DNA of 64,000 nucleotides from an uncultured SAR324 cluster bacterium. GTDB lineage: Bacteria; SAR324; NAC60-12. The position numbers and the translations under genes were made by a program. The DNA lies in contig CAJJCY010000003.1 in NCBI GenBank assembly GCA_905182865.1, positions 722,238 to 786,237 on the forward strand, read 5' to 3'. Under the pieces are notes generated by a model. It was not told the origin of the DNA. It searched no databases and worked only from the letters and a program-made list of their open reading frames with translations. Position 1 is the stretch's first letter. Each line of letters opens with the position of its first letter. Below, one piece after another: positions 59,105 through 64,000 of this stretch.

Positions 59105-59900
59105 TTAAGATTTGATCTGCAAACCGTTCAACTCTTTCCGACATAGTTTCCAGTTGGGATAAAACTGATCCATTAATGCCTTGAATCTGTTGTTGTGACT
59201 GGCTTCTAACAAATGCACTAACTCATGTACAACAATATATTCCAGACATTCAGGCGACTTTTTTACAAGCTCAAGATTGAAGCGAATACCATGGGTTTTA
59301 GGCGTGCAGCTGCCCCACCTGGATTTCATGCTGCGAATGGAGAAGCGCTTGACTGAGACAACCAGTTTAAGTTCCCATTTTTTTATAAGAGGATTAAGTA
59401 ACTCCATCAACTGTTTTTGATACCACTCATTCAGGATAGAACGCCTTTTTTCCATGTCAGCTCCAGTAGGAACATGGATCAATATTTCGTTTTTAACTAG
59501 CTCTACAAAAGGAGGTTTGTTATCTTCCAACACTTTTAATTGATAGCTGTGACCTCTAAAGTAGTGAGTTTCCTGATTTATATATTTCAAAGGTTTTTCA
59601 CGCACCTGATTTCGTATTTTTAAACGCTGTTTTCTGATCCAATCAAGCTTGGATAGCGCGAAAACACGAATTTTCTTTTGATTCATATGGAATGGTGCAG
59701 AAACACGCGGGGTCTATGGCGGACATTGCTTTTCTGTTATTGATTTTCTTTTTAGTTACCTCTGCATCGATATCATCCAGCATAATCATTGAAATCATAC
59801 TTTTTTGTTTAACTTTAACAGCGCGTTGCTTTTCTGTAAACAAAGAGAGTACATTAATGCTTTCAAACATTGTAACAATGGTTGGCGGGTTAAGTGAAAA
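59105..59900 (-). pseudogene. YgjP/DUF45-type M48-like metallohydrolase, N-terminal part in another frame
   Basis: ORF 59105..59686 carries WGSCTPK...I.FN..L and HELVHLLEASHNNRF (HExxH). Upstream, the frame of ORF 59643..60065 reads ..EKQRAVKVKQKSMISMIMLDDIDAEV.., consistent with the family's N-terminal beta-region. Shift at about 59687-59700. The 5' limit is approximate. Confidence 0.6.
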
Positions 59901-60101
59901 CTTCTTGAACTGTCTAGCTGGTTTCTTTTTCCAAATAGTATTATTCGTGGAAAGGGGCATAGAACCAGTTAAAAATATTCTGATCTTATATATTGTGGAA
60001 ACTAACGGGGAATTAAAAATATATGGAATAATTAGAGACTCCGCAAGCCAACTCACATTATTCAAAAAAACTGATAATTGTATTTGAAATAAATTTTATA
60101 T

Positions 60102-60620
60102 CTAAAAAGGGATATCATCCTTGATGAAACCGTCATCAGGTGGAGTTTCCTGGACGTTCCCTGAATCCTGTGTTGATGCAGAGTCCTGTGTTGATGCAGA
60201 GTCCTGTGTTGATGCAGAGTCCTGTGTTGATGCAGAAGTTGCAGAATAATTTGAAGAGCCTCCTTCCTGAGGAATTCCACCATCAATATTTTTTGAATCC
60301 AGAAACTGCATGTTTGTGACTACAACCTCAGTTTTGTAGTGTTTTTGACCTTGTTGATCTTCCCAGTCTCTAGTTTGTAAACGGCCTTCAACATAGACTT
60401 GCGAGCCTTTTTTCAAGTAAGACTGTGCCAAATCAGCAAGTCTTCCCCACAACACGAGGCTGTGCCATTCTGTTCGCTCTTGTTTTTCACCCTGTTTGTC
60501 TGTCCAATAATCGTTAGTTGCAATGGTGGTATTAGCTACAGCACTGCCGGATTGTGTGTAGCGAATTTCAGGGTCCTGTCCTAATCGTCCAATCAACATC
60601 ACTTTGTTCAGATTTGCCAT
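60102..60620 (-). CDS. ssb: Single-stranded DNA-binding protein
   Basis: OB fold begins [22 protein letters not shown]. Acidic tip DDIPF. The linker contains (STQDSA)x4. Confidence 0.95.
   Translation of the reverse strand: MANLNKVMLIGRLGQDPEIRYTQSGSAVANTTIATNDYWTDKQGEKQERTEWHSLVLWGRLADLAQSYLKKGSQVYVEGRLQTRDWEDQQGQKHYKTEVVVTNMQFLDSKNIDGGIPQEGGSSNYSATSASTQDSASTQDSASTQDSASTQDSGNVQETPPDDGFIKDDIPF
60163..60234. repeat. 18-bp tandem repeat x4 (GAGTCCTGTGTTGATGCA) inside the ssb linker
   Basis: Copies at 60163-60180 (1 mismatch), 60181-60198, 60199-60216 and 60217-60234 (identical). In frame (6 codons). Confidence 0.95.
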
Positions 60621-60660
60621 GTTTTTCTCCTGAATATTAGTATTTCTAAGATACTCTGTT

Positions 60661-61275
60661 TTAACGCAATGGAGTCAATAAGGAAAGTGCTTTTTTCAGT
60701 CTACCTTCAAACGGCAAATCCGAACTGCCGGTTTCTCGAAGTACTGGCAGGATTTCCTTTTCCGTATAGCCAAGGTTTTTTAATGCAGAAAAAACTCCGT
60801 CAATTTCAGTTCCTGAAAGAGTTAATCCTGTTTTAGAGCTCCCTGCAGGTCCTGCTTCAAATCCTGAAATTGGATGCCGCTTCAGTTGATCTTTCAAATC
60901 CAGACACAACTTTACTGCAGTTTTTTTACCTATCCCAGGAAATTTAGAAAGCTGCTCTACTGCTTTATTTATAAGGTTAGAAGAAGTACTCATATAAAGT
61001 ACTGAAAGAACTGCTAATCCCAACTTCGGACCTACACCTGAAGTTTTAATCAGCATTTCAAATAATTCTTTTTCCTCTAATTTTTGAAAGCCATACAGGG
61101 AAATATCGTCTTCCCTGACATTTGTATAGATGTGCAGAGTAATAAATTCTTCCGGAGAGGATTTAACAGCAAGATGTTGAGAAACATGAACTGCGTAACC
61201 CACACCGTCAGATGTTTTGAGAACAATTAAATTTGCTTCTGAACGGAGGATCTGTCCTTCAAGATAGGCAATCAT
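60661..61275 (-). CDS. ruvA: Holliday junction branch-migration complex subunit RuvA
   Basis: MIAYLEGQI.., HhH motifs ([29 protein letters not shown]) and C-terminal domain III. Confidence 0.9.
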   Translation of the reverse strand: MIAYLEGQILRSEANLIVLKTSDGVGYAVHVSQHLAVKSSPEEFITLHIYTNVREDDISLYGFQKLEEKELFEMLIKTSGVGPKLGLAVLSVLYMSTSSNLINKAVEQLSKFPGIGKKTAVKLCLDLKDQLKRHPISGFEAGPAGSSKTGLTLSGTEIDGVFSALKNLGYTEKEILPVLRETGSSDLPFEGRLKKALSLLTPLR

Positions 61276-61322
61276 GAGATAAGTTATTCATAAAAATGTT
61301 CCTTCTCAGGCAGTTTATCAAG

Positions 61323-61818
61323 CTAAAGTGATTGTTTAAGGGAAAGTCCCAAATGAGCATGTGTGATAGCAACGGCAAGTGCATCCGCTTCATCTTCTTG
61401 AAGTTTGTTCTGTAAATTCAACAGAATCTTGACCATATGCTGTACTTGATCTTGTCAGCCCTCCTACACTCCAACTACAGTTTGCTTGATTTCAGAGCTG
61501 ATATTCATGTATGGGTAAATTGCGTTCAGAAAATTTCAATAAAATAACACCACGTGCATGACCTAAGGTAAGTGCAGACTGAGCATTCTTTGCAAAAAAT
61601 ATTTTTTCGACAACTCCACAATCTGGTCTGAATTCTTCAATCAATTGTTCCAGTTCTCTGGAGAGAATTGACAAACGATCAGAAAGTGGGTGCTTTGCAT
61701 TCAGTCGGATACAGCCGCTGGCTAAATGGCGGATACGGTTTCCAGTGTTTTCAATCAGACCGTAACCTGTTTTCCTGCTCCCGGGGTCTATACCTAAAAT
61801 TCGCAGTGTTTCAACCAA
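61323..61818 (-). pseudogene. ruvC: Crossover junction endodeoxyribonuclease RuvC, three frame changes
   Basis: TTG at 61818 overlaps the yebC stop. ILGIDPGSRKTGYG...VEKIFFAKNAQSALTLGHARG..PIHEY runs to a stop at 61492. Then SSEIKQTVVGV, (R)RADK and [28 protein letters not shown] follow in alternating frames. Stop at 61323. Confidence 0.85.
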
Positions 61819-62563
61819 GTTCTGCCATAACGCTTTCACTGATGTCAAAATTAGAATGGACACTTTTTACATCATCATCATCTTCCAATAGATCAATCAG
61901 TTTTATTACTTGTTCAGCTTTTTTATAATTGTCGATTTCTATACGGTTTTGAGGATTCCAGATAACATCTGCACTTAGCATTGCAACACCATTTTCTTCC
62001 AAGTATGAACGTACAGTATCAAAATCAGCAGAAGCAGTAATAATCTGATACTCATCTGGGTTCTCAGTGTTTAAATCTTCTGCACCAGCTTCCAGGATTA
62101 ATTCAGTAAGCCGATCTTCGTCAATAACAGCGTTGTCAACCAAAATTGATCCCTGTCGGTCAAACATGTATTGAACAGAGTTAGCTGACCCCAGATTACC
62201 ATTGCATACACTGAAAGCATGTCTTACTGATGCAATTGTTCGGTTTCGATTGTCAGTCATTACTTCAACAATAATCGCAACATTGTGGGGACCATAACCT
62301 TCGTAAATAATTTCTTCATAAATTGCTCCGTCCAATTCCCCCGCGCCTTTTTGGATAGCTCTATCAATGTTGTCTTTGGGCATGCTTTGACTTTTTGCAT
62401 TGGCTACCGCAGTCCGCAAACGTGGATTGGCATCGAGATCGCTTCCGCCAATTCTTGCAGCAATGGTGAGTTCTTTAATCAATTTGGTAAAAGCTTTTCC
62501 CCGCTTTGCATCCTGAGCAGCTTTGCGATGCTTGATTGTACTCCATTTACTGTGTCCAGACAT
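61811..62563 (-). CDS. yebC: YebC/PmpR-family transcriptional regulator
   Basis: MSGHSKWSTIKHRKAAQDAKRGKAFTKL..., 250 aa. Conserved yebC-ruvC-ruvA order. Confidence 0.93.
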   Translation of the reverse strand: MSGHSKWSTIKHRKAAQDAKRGKAFTKLIKELTIAARIGGSDLDANPRLRTAVANAKSQSMPKDNIDRAIQKGAGELDGAIYEEIIYEGYGPHNVAIIVEVMTDNRNRTIASVRHAFSVCNGNLGSANSVQYMFDRQGSILVDNAVIDEDRLTELILEAGAEDLNTENPDEYQIITASADFDTVRSYLEENGVAMLSADVIWNPQNRIEIDNYKKAEQVIKLIDLLEDDDDVKSVHSNFDISESVMAELG

Positions 62564-62759
62564 AACAATCTACAGATAAATTTAAATCTGGTTGCGGATG
62601 CGATATTCTGAACTTAATAATAGAAGAAATAAACAAAATATTTATTTTTGGAATGTGTGTTTAAATTGTATTAGTTTAACTTTGTTACATTTTTTGGAAG
62701 TAATAAACAAACTCGAAACGTTTAAAAGGGCATAGATGGTATCTTATAGAATTTTTAAT

Positions 62760-63464
62760 TTAAGTGCTTTTGAACTCATACATATTTTCAAAGGTGCATA
62801 ACACTGGTTTCTCGATTCGAATTATTGGAAAATTTTTAACGAACATTTCTCGTAATCTAGAATTTGTTTTAATCAATTTTTCTATCTCATCACCTTTCAA
62901 CTTTCTTAAAATATATGCAAGTGTGATATGAAAAGTATATGTATCATGGTTTTCGAACCTAATTCCCAATAAATCGCTTAATTTATTTCTGCAACCTCGA
63001 ATAATTTTTTCATCTTTATTAGTATTACCCTCTAGTATAATACTATAACCACCAAACAATTTTTTTAACTTCAAATCGAATTTATCTGGAAAGATATACT
63101 TCTTTATTCTCTTAGATAGTACGTAAGCAATTTTTGTATAATTATTATCTTCAACAATATTTTTTGGCCAATATGGAGTATTAACAGTATTAACATTACA
63201 ACAATCGAACAAAGTCATATGAAAACTTGTTGCAGGAAGATATGTATAGGCTTTTTCAGGACTTAAATCTTTATATTTTAATTGTAATAATTTTATTTCG
63301 TAAAATAAGTCTGACTTTAGAGGGATTTTACTAATTATAGAACATCCTGGAAAGGGTAGCGGTTTTCCATTATGATCAAATTTATGCTCTGCTCCCGGTA
63401 CTGGATACCCTTTTAGTTCTCCTTTTAATAAACTTTTTTCATTCTCAATTATATATTTATCCAA
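62760..63464 (-). CDS. 2H-phosphoesterase superfamily protein (two HxT motifs; DUF1868/LigT-like)
   Basis: SFHMTLFD and TFHITLAY about 108 residues apart. TTG start as in the track. AT-rich gene. Confidence 0.55.
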   Translation of the reverse strand: MDKYIIENEKSLLKGELKGYPVPGAEHKFDHNGKPLPFPGCSIISKIPLKSDLFYEIKLLQLKYKDLSPEKAYTYLPATSFHMTLFDCCNVNTVNTPYWPKNIVEDNNYTKIAYVLSKRIKKYIFPDKFDLKLKKLFGGYSIILEGNTNKDEKIIRGCRNKLSDLLGIRFENHDTYTFHITLAYILRKLKGDEIEKLIKTNSRLREMFVKNFPIIRIEKPVLCTFENMYEFKST

Positions 63465-63606
63465 ATTAAAGACATATTAATCAATTGAACTAATTTACTT
63501 AAATAAATTAAGGATTTATAAGAGTTCTTTTTTGAAAATAGACCTTGTTACTATTATCCTAAGTGTAAATATGTTTTCATAGGTTAGTTTTTTAAAATAT
63601 TAAATA

Positions 63607-64000
63607 TTAGTTTATTCTTTTGTTAGTTATTTTGTCGAATACATAAATTTTGTTATCAACAATGTTTAAAGATAATTTATCTCCGAGATTGACAGAAGCA
63701 TTCCCAGGTGAACGATAGCAAAAATCTTTTTTCCCATTTATTTCACCATAAATAAGATTGTCCGATCCCAATTGCTCAACTAAATCTACCGACATATTTA
63801 TTACCCCTTTACTAGAAGGTGATAAATGCTCAGGTCTTATACCTAGTATAACTTCACCATTAAAATCGCAAATAAAGTTGGGAATACGTAAAACTCGCTG
63901 TTTTTAATACATTATCTTTTAATTCAGCATCTAGATAATTCATTTGTGGAGAACCTATAAAGCCAGCGACAAATTCAGTTTTAGGATTATTATAAAGCTC
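63607..64000 (-). pseudogene. C-terminal part of a MalK/UgpC-type ABC transporter ATPase (partial at window edge, one frameshift)
   Basis: Reverse translation from 64000 gives ELYNNPKTEFVAGFIGSPQMNYLDAELKDNVLK. The frame changes in the T5 run at 63901-63905, then reads QRVLRIPNFICDFNGEVILGIRPEHL...MSVDLVEQLGSDNLIYGEI... (TOBE-like) to the stop at 63607. Confidence 0.7.

Noticed and set aside
60163-60234. Possible CRISPR-like array
   Set aside because: The repeats are directly abutting with no spacers, only 18 bp long, and inside a coding sequence. No cas genes are present in the window.
60062-60286. 74-aa ORF with the HQHRTL x4 repeat
   Set aside because: It is the alternative frame of the 18-bp tandem repeat inside ssb. 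The ssb frame carries the OB fold and the DDIPF tip, so this ORF is spurious.
1-64000. Idea that the 8-nt-anticodon-loop tRNA rescues the many frameshifted genes by quadruplet decoding
   Set aside because: The lesions have both signs. lhgO lacks a base, whereas dus, selB and the ankyrin gene have an extra one. The set also includes nonsense codons and compensating pairs. The sites share no common AGAA/CAGA-type quadruplet. Indel error or decay explains them better.
1-64000. rRNA genes, IS elements, transposases, integrases, toxin-antitoxin pairs and restriction-modification genes
   Set aside because: None of the translated ORFs shows the corresponding motifs (DDE, tyrosine recombinase RHRY context, methylase motifs). 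No rRNA-like conserved stretches were seen.

Overview
A 64-kb chromosomal segment from a Gram-negative bacterium. The taxon cannot be set by eye. RND efflux, MurJ, lipoproteins, SelB and a secreted ankyrin protein suggest a marine or host-associated proteobacterium-like organism. About 60 genes are present. Recognisable housekeeping genes include recD, ilvD, lutB, eno, murJ, hisD, smc, ssb, ruvA, ruvC, yebC, kynU and selB. There is one tRNA gene, and a block combining a CpxP-like protein, a YceI-like protein, a two-component system and an RND efflux pump. No rRNA, CRISPR array, transposase or integrase was seen. Five things stand out. (1) At least 13 genes, essential ones included, are broken by frameshifts or in-frame stops. 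Several breaks sit in homopolymer runs, so either the assembly carries indel errors or the genome is decaying, or both. (2) The single tRNA has an Arg-like body but hand-folds with an 8-nt anticodon loop. An AT-rich islet with att-like repeats abuts its 3' end. (3) A DapF-fold protein has both catalytic cysteines replaced by serine and is translationally coupled to a LysE-type exporter. (4) The RND adaptor lacks the alpha-hairpin, carries a highly charged C-terminal tail, and has no outer-membrane factor gene beside it. (5) Several unrecognisable gene modules (38945-41086, 9290-10948, 50189-51810) and an ArsR/rhodanese/TauE/small-membrane-protein sulfur cluster deserve follow-up. All family calls come from motif recognition by eye on the supplied translations; no searches were run.
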